Source of the DNA: Vairimorpha necatrix
Taxonomy: Eukaryota
Length of the DNA: 64,000 bases
Assembly: GCA_036630325.1 (NCBI GenBank)
Contig: CP142731.1
Location: forward strand, 806,001 to 870,000
Direction of reading: 5' to 3'
In this document: positions 1 through 10,715 of the stretch, piece after piece
Numbering within the stretch: the first letter of the stretch is position 1
Layout of the letters: each line of letters begins with the position of its first letter
Position numbers and translations under genes: made by a program
The notes under the pieces: model-generated
The model's database searches: none
Told to the model about the DNA's origin: nothing
The model's input: the letters and a program-made list of their open reading frames with translations, nothing else

Positions 1-1
1 C

Positions 2-520
2 ATGGAAATTTATAAATTTACCAAAAACCAGTCAGCAATAAACAGAAGAAAAACTCTCCCCAAATTCGGCTCTATTAGTAAAATATCAGTAGTAGAAAAT
101 ATTGACAATTTCTCTTTTATAAAATGCACTAATGATAAAATAGAAATTAAAGAAGAAGTTGAAGTTGAGCATGTCGCCTACACACCAAATATCTCTTATA
201 AGCCTAAAGAAGAGACAGTAATAAATACTGGTCAATATATCCCGCCTGTGAGTACTCGATCTTATGAGAATATAAGTGTCAAGATATCGAATTATGATTT
301 GAATATGAAAAGAGAAGAGCTTTATAGAATTCTGAGTCAGCACACTAAAGTGAAATTTGGGAGATTTCATATGGTCTTTGATAGGGAGACTGGGGTAAGC
401 AGGGGGTACTCATTTGTAAGTGTGGGTAATAAAGAAGAAGCGAGTGAATTGATAAATGATTTAAAAGTGGTAATTATAGATAATTTAAGACTATGTGTAG
501 AACTAGCCAAAAATAAATAA
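2..520 (+). CDS. TIF35: Translation initiation factor eIF3 subunit g-like (C-terminal RRM)
   Basis: N-terminal RRKTLPKFG, YIPP motif, and C-terminal RRM with RNP1-like DRETGVSRGYSFV. Confidence 0.75.
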   Translation: MEIYKFTKNQSAINRRKTLPKFGSISKISVVENIDNFSFIKCTNDKIEIKEEVEVEHVAYTPNISYKPKEETVINTGQYIPPVSTRSYENISVKISNYDLNMKREELYRILSQHTKVKFGRFHMVFDRETGVSRGYSFVSVGNKEEASELINDLKVVIIDNLRLCVELAKNK

Positions 521-687
521 TAATTTAGTTATATCAGATTTCGTAGCCGATCAAATATTGGCCAATCATATTCTTACAAATGGACAGGTTTGATTGGCTA
601 CAAAAAGTATTTAAAAACATTTTCAAAAGAAGGATGGAAAATAGAAATAAACTTAATGACACTACATTTGTATAATATAAATAATAC

Positions 688-1028
688 TGTGGTATAATAT
701 CTCATACCACATGTTTATGGTGACCAATAGACGATGAAACGCTAATGTGCTTTGATACACGTCAAGCATCTCTAATTGTTAGTGGACAGTTCTGAAACAC
801 TAATTTCTAATTGGTTACACACAAATATAAATAACGAAATTCATCACTTAAAAAGAATGAGGATGCCTAAGAACAACAACAGCCGCACTCCAGCTCAGGC
901 CCATGACGCCAATAACAATAAACACTATTCAAATACATTTACACCTACCTTGGGAATTCACGGTACACATAACCGTAGCATTATTGAATGCTTTCTTGCC
1001 ACTGGCACAATTCCAGGTAAATACGCCA
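688..1028 (+). repeat. 5' LTR (341 bp)
   Basis: Starts TGTGGTAT, ends TACGCCA; repeated at 3433-3773. Confidence 0.95.
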
Positions 1029-3442
1029 ATTTGAGCTCAAATGGCAATAAAGGTACAAAGTCATTTACAACTGGAGATAAACATCATTACGCGGAATTTA
1101 AAAGAACTGTTGAAGGTACAGACGTACCAATCCAAGACTATATACTTAAGATATTTAATATCAAATCAGATCTCACTACAGCAGGTCTCAAAGAGTTTGA
1201 AACTCTTTCTGAATATAACAAGTGGAATGACACACAAAGCGGTCATATTTACCATAGTCTAATCTATGATTCTACTTATAAGGATAAACTTACTAGGAAC
1301 AGTTACAAGGCACTGAGAAAAGAACTTCTAGACATACTGTATCCAAAGACCCAACACAGGATTCTCTCGCAAAAAATTGACAATATCAGGCAAACTGATC
1401 ATTTTTCCATTAACGAGTATATGGAAACAATTTCTAAAGGATTAGAAGGCTACATTCATGTCAACGATCTTTCAAGAAAGGAAGTGGATAGAAAACAAGA
1501 AGAAATATTTTTCAAAGGTTTGGGAAGATATACCACTATCAAGATTGCCGATCAAAGACTTAAAACGGCTCCATTTCAAGAAATTATTCAATTTTTAATA
1601 GAACTGGAAGAAAGCATATTATCCCAGTCCACAGAGACCAAACAAGGCTTAATAACCCAGACAACGGGTGCGAACAAGACTAAATACGCCTTTACTAATA
1701 AGAAGTGGTGTAAATACCATCACTCGAAGTTTCACAACACTATAGATTGTTCCCTTCATAAAACCTCACAATCAGAAGATGTCAAAAGCATGATTATCAC
1801 TGAACTTAAAGTCGACAATCATGAAGGGATAAAAATTCAAGGAGAATTAAATGGAACTAACCTACAGTTATTTGTTGACACGGGTGCATCTTGCAATTAT
1901 ATTCACGAAAAACTGTTAAAGTCCTTAAAGCTGAACACAATTGAAACTAAACCTCTAACTATGATATTTGGATGTGGTACTAAAGAAACCACTAGTCGAG
2001 CCGTCGAAACTAAAATACGTATTAAGGATAAAGACTATGATATCACATTTTATGTTTTACAGCGTATACCAGAAGATATTATCTTGGGATATGAATTTTT
2101 ATATGCTAACGAAGCAGTAGTAAACTTAAGAAAGAAAATTATTACCTTAGGAAATGGACATACTATCCCATTTATTGGGGTTGAAGTTACATCCGAGGAA
2201 ATTCTTGATGAAATATTAGCTGAAAGCACTTGCTTACCCATACTCATGGAAGATAAAAAACATTATAAGTTACCAGAAGCTACAAAAACAGAGATTAACA
2301 GATGGAAACTGATCATGAATAAATTTAATCATAAGATCTTCCATATCAAAGGAAAGGATAACACAGTAGCAGACACATTATCGCGTTGTCTACTTTTACA
2401 GATCATGCCTCTCAAGATACAATACGACAATGTCGTTAAAACTTCATGCACGTCAAACAACGGCGTATTACTCAGGAACGATAGAGGCCAACTGGTTATC
2501 AGGAATGACAAAATCAAATCTTTCCTAAAAAGCATACATGACATATCAGGTCACCGAGGAGTCACTACACTCTACAACAACATTAAAAAATACATTTACG
2601 TAAAAAACGCCCTACAAAGGATATCTTGGGTAGTAAAAAGTTGTTCTGTATGCAGAAAATTCAAGATAATTAACAATAGTCATCATAATACGGTGAAGAT
2701 GGATTCATCTAGATTATACGAGCGCATATCATCAGATATCTTCGGACCATTCAAGTATCATACTCCTTCCCCGAACTCTGAGGAGAAGATAGGATATATA
2801 CTTACGATATCAGATATATATTCTAGAGAAGTAATGTTAATATTCTTTAAGACGATTAAAACTCAAGAATTAATCGATTATATAGAAGCATGGATTAAAA
2901 CAAGAGACAGGCCTAAGCATTTAATATCGGATAACGGACGACAATACATCTCCGCAGGTTTCAAAGAGTATCTAGCTACTACAGGAATAAATCACATTCT
3001 AATACCGACATACACACCCAAATCAAATGGGATATCCGAACGCTTGAACCAAACTATTGCCTTCACGCTTTCCATAAACAAATTCCGAGACATCTACGAG
3101 ACTGTTAAAGAAGCAGAAAATATATTAAATATCAACTTTAATCGAGGGATTAAAGCCTCGCCTTATCTTATAGCATATGGCAGGGACTTCTACGATTTAG
3201 ACACCAAACAGCAAACAATAACGAAAAACCCAAACGCTGTAGCGTATACTTCTAAGTTCAACGTGGGAGACATTGTCTACAAAAGAAATTTAAAAGCAGG
3301 AAAACTCGATCGGAAATATGGAACAAGACAAATAGTTGAAGAAGTGGGAAGCAAAGGTAAATGGGTTCGCTTAAAAGATGACGAATCATGGACGCATGTC
3401 CGAAACTTGAAATTTTGTTGGAGTTGGCAGTATGTGGTATAA
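857..3442 (+). CDS. Gag-protease-(RNase H tail)-integrase polyprotein, ~861 aa from first ATG
   Basis: Zn knuckle WCKYHHSKFHNTIDC; protease LFVDTGASCNYI; RNase H tail RWKL..HIKGKDNTVADTLSR; integrase HHCC (HDISGH..CSVC) and D,D35E (SSDIFGP, ISDNGRQY, SNGISER); no YxDD. Confidence 0.88.
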   Translation: MRMPKNNNSRTPAQAHDANNNKHYSNTFTPTLGIHGTHNRSIIECFLATGTIPGKYANLSSNGNKGTKSFTTGDKHHYAEFKRTVEGTDVPIQDYILKIFNIKSDLTTAGLKEFETLSEYNKWNDTQSGHIYHSLIYDSTYKDKLTRNSYKALRKELLDILYPKTQHRILSQKIDNIRQTDHFSINEYMETISKGLEGYIHVNDLSRKEVDRKQEEIFFKGLGRYTTIKIADQRLKTAPFQEIIQFLIELEESILSQSTETKQGLITQTTGANKTKYAFTNKKWCKYHHSKFHNTIDCSLHKTSQSEDVKSMIITELKVDNHEGIKIQGELNGTNLQLFVDTGASCNYIHEKLLKSLKLNTIETKPLTMIFGCGTKETTSRAVETKIRIKDKDYDITFYVLQRIPEDIILGYEFLYANEAVVNLRKKIITLGNGHTIPFIGVEVTSEEILDEILAESTCLPILMEDKKHYKLPEATKTEINRWKLIMNKFNHKIFHIKGKDNTVADTLSRCLLLQIMPLKIQYDNVVKTSCTSNNGVLLRNDRGQLVIRNDKIKSFLKSIHDISGHRGVTTLYNNIKKYIYVKNALQRISWVVKSCSVCRKFKIINNSHHNTVKMDSSRLYERISSDIFGPFKYHTPSPNSEEKIGYILTISDIYSREVMLIFFKTIKTQELIDYIEAWIKTRDRPKHLISDNGRQYISAGFKEYLATTGINHILIPTYTPKSNGISERLNQTIAFTLSINKFRDIYETVKEAENILNINFNRGIKASPYLIAYGRDFYDLDTKQQTITKNPNAVAYTSKFNVGDIVYKRNLKAGKLDRKYGTRQIVEEVGSKGKWVRLKDDESWTHVRNLKFCWSWQYVV

Positions 3443-3773
3443 TATCTCATACCACATGTTTATGGTGACCAATAGACGATGAAACGCTAATGTGCTTTGA
3501 TACACGTCAAGCATCTCTAATTGTTAGTGGACAGTTCTGAAACACTAATTTCTAATTGGTTACACACAAATATAAATAACGAAATTCATCACTTAAAAAG
3601 AATGAGGATGCCTAAGAACAACAACAGCCGCACTCCAGCTCAGGCCCATGACGCCAATAACAATAAACACTATTCAAATACATTTACACCTACCTTGGGA
3701 ATTCACGGTACACATAACCGTAGCATTATTGAATGCTTTCTTGCCACTGGCACAATTCCAGGTAAATACGCCA
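3433..3773 (+). repeat. 3' LTR (341 bp)
   Basis: Copy of 688-1028, followed by TSD AATAC. Confidence 0.95.
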
Positions 3774-3881
3774 AATACTTAAATTAATTATAAGCTATTT
3801 ATATAATATAATTTATAAATTATATTAAATTTGTAAAATATAAACAAAATCAAAACAAATTATTATTAAATGAACACTCAT

Positions 3882-4532
3882 TTATTTAGCAATCTTGTTA
3901 GTAATGAAGAAATCTTTAACACTCTTATTAAAATAAAATATTGTAGCAAATAAAGTAATTATCTTCAAAAATGATATCTTATACACTAAACTAAATATAT
4001 AATTATACAACTTGACATATTTAGCCTCGTCTTCTTCGCCCATCTCTTCCATCTCGAAATTCTTTCTAGCGAAATCTAAGATTTCGCCCACTTTCTCAGT
4101 CAGCATCGTCAAATGGTAGTCAATCCCAGACACAATCTCTGTATTCTGAGGCCTGCCTTCATAAATCTCCAACTTGAGCCCGTAAAGATTGTCAACTTTA
4201 CTTTGGACATCAAAATCGAAAGAATAAAACCCTGCGCCTTCGTAAGAAGTAAAAAGGAAAACATTGTGGGGCTCGTATTTGTTGTCCATAAAAAGCTCGA
4301 CTTTCTCATTTGAAGAAAGGCCGCCTGTTTTGTAAATTCTTAAAGAAGTCATTAGAGGAATACTTGGATCTGCTTCGGACCAGATTAAATCATTTTGGTT
4401 TTTTACCATGATAGTGGATTTTACTAGGACTACTGTTTTGTCTTTTAGATTTTGGTAGATTTCTAGTGGTTCATTTAAATGAATAGGGAATATTTCGCAG
4501 AGAAATTTAGACAAAAAAATGAAGAACAGCAT
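3882..4532 (-). CDS. p24/emp24 (GOLD-domain) family cargo receptor
   Basis: Signal peptide, GOLD-like FLFTSYEGAGFYSFDF, coiled coil, C-terminal TM with KDFFITNKIAK tail; ATG at 4532 follows CCCC. Confidence 0.7.
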   Translation of the reverse strand: MLFFIFLSKFLCEIFPIHLNEPLEIYQNLKDKTVVLVKSTIMVKNQNDLIWSEADPSIPLMTSLRIYKTGGLSSNEKVELFMDNKYEPHNVFLFTSYEGAGFYSFDFDVQSKVDNLYGLKLEIYEGRPQNTEIVSGIDYHLTMLTEKVGEILDFARKNFEMEEMGEEDEAKYVKLYNYIFSLVYKISFLKIITLFATIFYFNKSVKDFFITNKIAK

Positions 4533-4599
4533 TTGGGGCAAAAAAAACAAAGCTGAAAAAAAAACACCACTAATCAGACAAGGACTAGTACAAATAAAA

Positions 4600-4697
4600 C
4601 ATATAATTATTAGAAAATAATAATTATTAGAAATATATAATTAATAATTATTAGAAAATAATAATTATTAGAATATATAATTATTAGAAAATAATAA
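4600..4697. repeat. Minisatellite, ~17-bp unit ATAATTATTAGAAAATA
   Basis: About five imperfect tandem copies. Confidence 0.75.
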
Positions 4698-4705
4698 TTT
4701 TTTTA

Positions 4706-6082
4706 TTACTTTTTTATATATTTCTCCCAATTCTCATCTAACATGTCTAAATTGTCCTCTGCCCACTTGAAACTCGTAAACTTATAAACATTCTCTTTAT
4801 TAAAATTATACCTCTTTTCTCTTTCCTCTGGGCTCATCTCTAGCGCCTCTTTAATTTTCTCGCTTATCTCATCAATATTCCACGGATTCACACCTAAACT
4901 TCCAGGCAAAGTCGAAGTCACTCCTGTAAATTCACTTAAAATTAATACGCCGTGTTTGTCATAAGAACAACTTACATATTCCATAGCCACTAAATTCATC
5001 CCGTCTCTGAGACTTGTAATCAACAAAATATCACTTATATAATACAAAGCGCACAATGTATTAAAATCTACAGAATCATTTTGTAAATAAATATTAGTAT
5101 TATCAATATCTCCTATCTTACTATTACTATCAGCTACCAATTTATTAACACATTCTGTGTATCCTTTGTACTCAACTACGCCTGTACGGCTTGGTACACC
5201 TATTTGTAAAAAAACTGTGTCTTCGATGTGCTCAGGAAACTTTTTAAGAAAATCTGTGTAACCTTGTACACGATTAGGAATTCCTTTTATATAATCAGAT
5301 CTATCAACTCCTAACAAAATCTTCTTGTTTTTGTATTTTTCTTTAAAAAAATTAATTTTTTCTATCGTTTTTTCTTCTTTCAAACAATTAGTAAATATCT
5401 CCGGATCTATGCCTATTGGTATAGAATCAACTTTACTATGACAAACTAGATTGTTTTTATCGCAACATTCTAAGAAATTCCCTACATATTCGTAACTATG
5501 AAAAGAAATTAAATTACAAGCCAAAACTCCTTCTAAAATTTCTTTTCTACAATATAACCTATTAAAACTTATAGAATTTGGAAATGGTGTATGTAAAAAA
5601 AACATAATTTTTATATCTTTTCGTATTTCTCTAATCATTTTTGGTAACAATAACAGGTGATAATCGTGTACCCACACTATATCGTCATCATCAACTTCTT
5701 TCAATATTTCATTTAAAAAGACTTTATTGTATTCAATATAAGCTTCATAATATTTTTCTGTGACTACCAAGTCATCAGAAAAATAATGTAACATTGGCCA
5801 TAAAATACCGTTACAAAAACCGTTATAAGAATTATCATTTAGTTCTGGGTCTACGAAAATTGGATATAAGTTGTATTTTGTAGTACAATCATTGTAAATG
5901 ACTTGTTTATCTTCGTCGCTTAAACCTTCGCTACTTAAGTTACCAAACCATTTGAAATTAATTCGTTTATTAATTGATTGTAGGCCTGTTACTAGACCAC
6001 CAGAACTGTGTTTATAATTGAAACCAGAGTCTGATCTTGATAATGTAATAGGAAGTCTATTACTTACGACTACTAACTTCAT
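4706..6082 (-). CDS. TPS1: Trehalose-6-phosphate synthase
   Basis: VVSNRLP, SSGGLV, WVHDYHL, FFLHTPFP, GVDRSDYIKG, RDGMNLV (GT20 motifs). Confidence 0.95.
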   Translation of the reverse strand: MKLVVVSNRLPITLSRSDSGFNYKHSSGGLVTGLQSINKRINFKWFGNLSSEGLSDEDKQVIYNDCTTKYNLYPIFVDPELNDNSYNGFCNGILWPMLHYFSDDLVVTEKYYEAYIEYNKVFLNEILKEVDDDDIVWVHDYHLLLLPKMIREIRKDIKIMFFLHTPFPNSISFNRLYCRKEILEGVLACNLISFHSYEYVGNFLECCDKNNLVCHSKVDSIPIGIDPEIFTNCLKEEKTIEKINFFKEKYKNKKILLGVDRSDYIKGIPNRVQGYTDFLKKFPEHIEDTVFLQIGVPSRTGVVEYKGYTECVNKLVADSNSKIGDIDNTNIYLQNDSVDFNTLCALYYISDILLITSLRDGMNLVAMEYVSCSYDKHGVLILSEFTGVTSTLPGSLGVNPWNIDEISEKIKEALEMSPEEREKRYNFNKENVYKFTSFKWAEDNLDMLDENWEKYIKK

Positions 6083-6731
6083 TTTAAAGAGGGGAATATG
6101 GTTTTTTATATATTAAAAAAGGAGAGACGTGTTTCATTTGATAACTGATTGACCAATAAGAAAATGAAAGCAACGGAATAAGTTAATGTATGTGACGAAT
6201 AAAGCTAATACTTCTAACGAACAAAGTTGTCTATATTAAAAATGTAGTTTATTGGTTTTTTAAATTAAGGAGTTGACAGTTAATACTCGAAAAAATTGAT
6301 TGAATCAAAATAATCTTATGAGAAACATTGTATCTAGTCATTTGCAAATTACATAGTCAAAATGTCATTTTTTTTTAAGAATTAAATTAAAAACCGACAA
6401 AATCTAATTTATATATTTTTTGTAGTTATTGGTTACTCGTGTTAACATATACAAAATAAAGGCTAATAAAAACTTTTCTTTTTAGTAAAGCATTGATGAT
6501 AGATTAGATTTAAAAATAATATTATATCAAGATATTAATTTTAAGGGTCTTATTTCATTTACACTAGATGAAACTGGTAAATATATCTATTATCAGCCTT
6601 GACATTTACATATCGCACTGTCTCATTTTAAATTTTCTGCATCAACTAGTTTTATAAAAATAATTTAATTTTTTCTTAAACACACCAGTTAGATTTACTT
6701 ATACAAATAAATATTTTTATATTGTAATTTT

Positions 6732-7274
6732 TTAATATAATTTATATCTTTTATATTGCAATATAGTCAAATCCAATACTTTACCAAATCCTTGCACATA
6801 AGTACACATAAAACTCAATATATTAGCCACTATGAAATTGCAATAAACCAACCCGCTTACATATTTAAGCTCCATTAAATATGTCAAATTATAAAATGCA
6901 CAGTTAAACATTCCTATCATTAACAAGTTTACTGTACGGGCACACAGCTTCTTGTAAATATAAAGACTCAAGAAGTTTGCAAATAATAAAAACGAGTTAT
7001 TATAATTACAAGTTTGTATGTAAACCACTTTGTCTTTAAGTTTATAATTCTTACCACTTAGATTTCTAATGATCTCGAGGATAGAGATAGATGAAATGAG
7101 GTAGGTAATAAAAAGAAATAAGAAGAGGCCTTTGTCATCTGAGACAGATAAGTAAGGACTAGAGTAGAGAGAAGTGCATAGAGAAGTGATGTATTGGGAA
7201 TCAATAGAAAGAAGAACGGTGAAGAGAGAAAGAAGAGTAGTGAATTGGGCTATGAGGATTTGACCAAGTTCCAT
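6732..7274 (-). CDS. Hypothetical multi-pass membrane protein
   Basis: 180-aa ORF with several hydrophobic segments; CCC motif before ATG. Confidence 0.7.
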   Translation of the reverse strand: MELGQILIAQFTTLLSLFTVLLSIDSQYITSLCTSLYSSPYLSVSDDKGLFLFLFITYLISSISILEIIRNLSGKNYKLKDKVVYIQTCNYNNSFLLFANFLSLYIYKKLCARTVNLLMIGMFNCAFYNLTYLMELKYVSGLVYCNFIVANILSFMCTYVQGFGKVLDLTILQYKRYKLY

Positions 7275-7292
7275 TTTAAGGGTAAAGAAAAA

Positions 7293-7505
7293 TAGCCAAA
7301 CTTATAAAAGAATCCAATATGTAGACTTGTAAGAAATATCTAATATGTTGACTTGTAAGAAAAATAGTCAAACTTATGAAAGAATCTAATACGTTGACTT
7401 GTAAAAGAATCTAATATGTAGACTTGTAAGAAATATCTAATATGTTGACTTGTAAGAAATATCTAATATATAGACTTATAAAGGTTATCTAATATGTTGA
7501 CATAT
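7293..7505. repeat. Minisatellite, ~26-bp unit ATCTAATATGTTGACTTGTAAGAAAT
   Basis: About 7-8 imperfect tandem copies directly upstream of the 7274 ATG. Confidence 0.8.
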
Positions 7506-7611
7506 AAAAAAATATACAAGAAAAAAAATTTTAAAAAATTATTCATAGAAAATCAAAAATGCACAAACAAAAATTGAGAAAATTTATATAAAACTTACAG
7601 TCAAAAATAAT

Positions 7612-8745
7612 TTATTGCTCATACAATTCCAAGGCTGTATCTCTGTTTGGAAGCCAACTAATTATCCGCTTTGAAAAGTTTACCCAGAAGATAACCAAAA
7701 AAATTAATATAATAGTAATGTAAGTATTAGTATTATTATTCTTTCTTGTTCTGTATGCTTTTTCAGTTTCATCCATGTCAGCATCAAATTCAATATAATT
7801 CTTTTCTTTTTCTTTTAACTCGTCTTTTTCGTCTGAGTCCGAATCAGATTCTGATTCTTTTTCTTCTTCAAAGACTGGCTCTTTCTTTATTATTTTACAA
7901 TCAGAAGGAATAAACAAAAGTTCATAAATATTTTTCGGCTTTATAGCCAAAAATATCCTTTTTCCTATATCTTCCCTCTCTAAAAATTCATCTCTTTGTC
8001 TTTTTTCTTTAAATGCTTCATATTTATCAAGATCAAAATGATATTTCGAATCAATAATATGTTCAACTTCCCAATTGCTTATAATGCTTGATCTTCCTTC
8101 TGTTACATATTTCGAGTTATCATTTAATATTTCATATTTTGCCAAAATGTCGTATCGATTTTTCTGGTAGCATTTTTCCAAGATGTCTTCGGCATCACTT
8201 CTCAAATTATATTGAAAATCAATAAAATCTTCTATTCTCTCATAAATAAATTGTATATTTTCCAATATTTTATCCATTTTTTCATTATTAATACCTGGTA
8301 AAACAATCTCATCACTAATTATCACTTCTTGATCTTCTATAGAATTACCCATATCTCTCATTAAATGTATTAATACGACTTTATCAATATTCAAATCTTG
8401 TTTTAAAGATTTAGAAATTTTTATAAAAAAATTTCTAAAATCTTCAACATTTTTTTTTATAAAATTTTTTAAATTCGAATTTTCAAATCGAGAAATTTTA
8501 GGTTGAATTTTTGTAGAAGACACGAATTCGGAAATCCAGACATCATAAATTTTATTAAATGTGATTTTTGGATCATTTTTTAATTTTGTTTCGATAGCAT
8601 TTCTAAAAAATTTATGGTTGATTGCATGCGAGAAATATTGGACTACTAGTTTGTCGAGGATTCTTTCGTATTGTTTATTGTAAATTCTTGTTTTTTTAGT
8701 AGTTGAGAAGATAAGTGAAATTAAAGAAAAAAATTGCAAATTCAT
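7612..8745 (-). CDS. Hypothetical type I membrane protein
   Basis: 377 aa; N-terminal signal peptide, acidic tract, C-terminal TM; CCCCC before ATG. Confidence 0.75.
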   Translation of the reverse strand: MNLQFFSLISLIFSTTKKTRIYNKQYERILDKLVVQYFSHAINHKFFRNAIETKLKNDPKITFNKIYDVWISEFVSSTKIQPKISRFENSNLKNFIKKNVEDFRNFFIKISKSLKQDLNIDKVVLIHLMRDMGNSIEDQEVIISDEIVLPGINNEKMDKILENIQFIYERIEDFIDFQYNLRSDAEDILEKCYQKNRYDILAKYEILNDNSKYVTEGRSSIISNWEVEHIIDSKYHFDLDKYEAFKEKRQRDEFLEREDIGKRIFLAIKPKNIYELLFIPSDCKIIKKEPVFEEEKESESDSDSDEKDELKEKEKNYIEFDADMDETEKAYRTRKNNNTNTYITIILIFLVIFWVNFSKRIISWLPNRDTALELYEQ

Positions 8746-9890
8746 AAGGGGGAAAATTTGTAGAGAATTTTGATAATATTAATATGCATTTTAAAATCAA
8801 GTAATGTGTTAATAAAGTCATAGTTTATTGATAATACATAAATTTATCGTAAAATATTTAAGTAGATTGATTTTTGATGTGAATAATGCAGGTTTTATCA
8901 TTCAGATTTAGACTTATGATAACCAAAATTTATTTCTCGATCTACAATAACATAATTAAGATAAATAAACATAAGATTATTTGAGATAAAGTCTAGATCT
9001 TATCATAATTTGCACTTTATTTATAATAAAAATATATTTCTTACAGTAAGAGCTTGGCACTTAAGCTGACGATATAAACCGACAGCACGGCCCCGTTTAA
9101 TAAAATCAAATAATTATATATTTAAAATATCTTAAACATAAGGAGACACTATTTGGTCTAAGAAATCTAATGTATAAATAAATTTACTTGATTTTATAAC
9201 TCGCGCCTTACAATGCTTTAAATTTCATATAGACATATAATTTGATAAACAGGAAGCCTAAAGTGATCGTATTACGACATTAATTAAATATCAACTAAAT
9301 GCTACTTAAAATTATTCAATGAATTATTTCGCTTTTTGATCCACTGAATCAATATGACACAAATCTACCGATCAAATCCTGATCGGTAGGCTTAAAGGTA
9401 AAAACATTAGCTTAATAAATTTATTGTAAGTTTACTAAGCTTTACGGGAGGGAACAATAGCCTTGAAGTTGAATAAATAAAAAGCAAACTAATTGATCAT
9501 ACAAATAAACTAGGACAAGTTGAAGGTATATTTGAAGCCTAGTATATAATTGAATGTTTTTATTCTATCTTTGTTCCATTCTGCTTAGAATCTAATCTAA
9601 AATCTAATTCTTTGCATGGCCATATAAAGACCAAGATACGTTGAAGATAATATTAAAAACTTGAGGCGATTTAGTTTTTTTAGAAGAGAAAGTTAAAGAA
9701 TAAGTGTGAAATGTTAATGCGCTCAAATCAAAGAAGCGAGTATTATGTGTTAAACTCATATTTTAGATGGTTATTATTTATAATTATTGTTCAAAAAAAA
9801 ATTTGATTTAATCTCTGTTTATAAACTTATAGTTCAAGTCTTTTAGTTGCAAGAGAAAGTTCTTATTCTCTTGCCCCATAAGGGCTAAAG

Positions 9891-10100
9891 ATTTTTTTAT
9901 GATTTTAGGCGGCGCAATATCTCCCGCCTAAAATCATAAAAATTTAAACTGCCCAAACATTCTTCTATAGTTTTAAGCGGCACAATATTTACGTTATAAA
10001 TTATAAAAATTCAAACCGCCCAAACATTCTTTTATAGTTTTAAGCGGCACAATATCTACGCCTAAAATTATAAAAAACAAAACTGCCAACATTCTTATGT
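9891..10100. repeat. Three ~67-bp tandem repeats; first copy is a long hairpin
   Basis: TTTTAGGCGGC..AATATCT..CGCCTAAAAT..AAAC(T/C)GCC(C)AACATTCTT three times. Confidence 0.7.
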
Positions 10101-10715
10101 TTCCGCGGCAATTTTGCGTCCACGAAGATTTGTCAGTTTTGTTCAGGCAATGTCTGAAAAAATCATTACATTATGACTTACCTTTTTTATACTAAATAAA
10201 TATTTTAAATATTATTTATACTAATAAAAAGCGAAAATGTTTTTACACTTTTTGTTGACATACAAATTCAACTAAAATACACTTTTCTTTGCATTATACA
10301 AAACCATATCAAGTTTAATGATTAAGATTAATTTTGTAATAAATTGCAATAAACAATATCATTATAGTATATAAACATTAAATAGCATATTTTGTATTAA
10401 CTTTATATATAAAAAAATTTATTTGTTTTTTTTTTATTTATATGAAAACATTTGTTTGTTTTATTTTAAATGTTTGTAACCAAAAGAAAAAAAAAAATAA
10501 TACACAAATCAGACATTATTTCTCAATTTTAAATAGTATATAGAAAAAAATCTACGCAATTTTTTTAGTATTAAATTTATTAAAAAAACAACCATTTATT
10601 ATACTTACATTATCCTTAGTTAATATGTCTATAAGATCAAGTTTATACAAATATGTTTGTTTATAAACAATAATTAAGTTTTTTTTGTTTAAATATCTGT
10701 AAAATCCTTATATAC

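Larger units (their letters stand above)
688..3773 (+). mobile_element. Non-autonomous Ty3/gypsy LTR retrotransposon (gag-protease-integrase; RT deleted)
   Basis: 341-bp direct repeats 688-1028 and 3433-3773 (TG...CA, no difference seen); 5-bp TSD AATAC at 683-687 and 3774-3778; internal polyprotein. Confidence 0.95.

Noticed and set aside
543-601. Short imperfect inverted repeat GTAGCCGATCAAA/TTTGATTGGCTAC
   Set aside because: Too short, with no TSD or second copy to support an element call
3521-3787. 88-aa ORF
   Set aside because: It is the 3' LTR copy of the polyprotein leader, not an independent gene
7293-7505. CRISPR-like spacing of repeats (also 9891-10100)
   Set aside because: Units are contiguous with no unique spacers, there are no cas genes, and the context is eukaryotic; these are minisatellites
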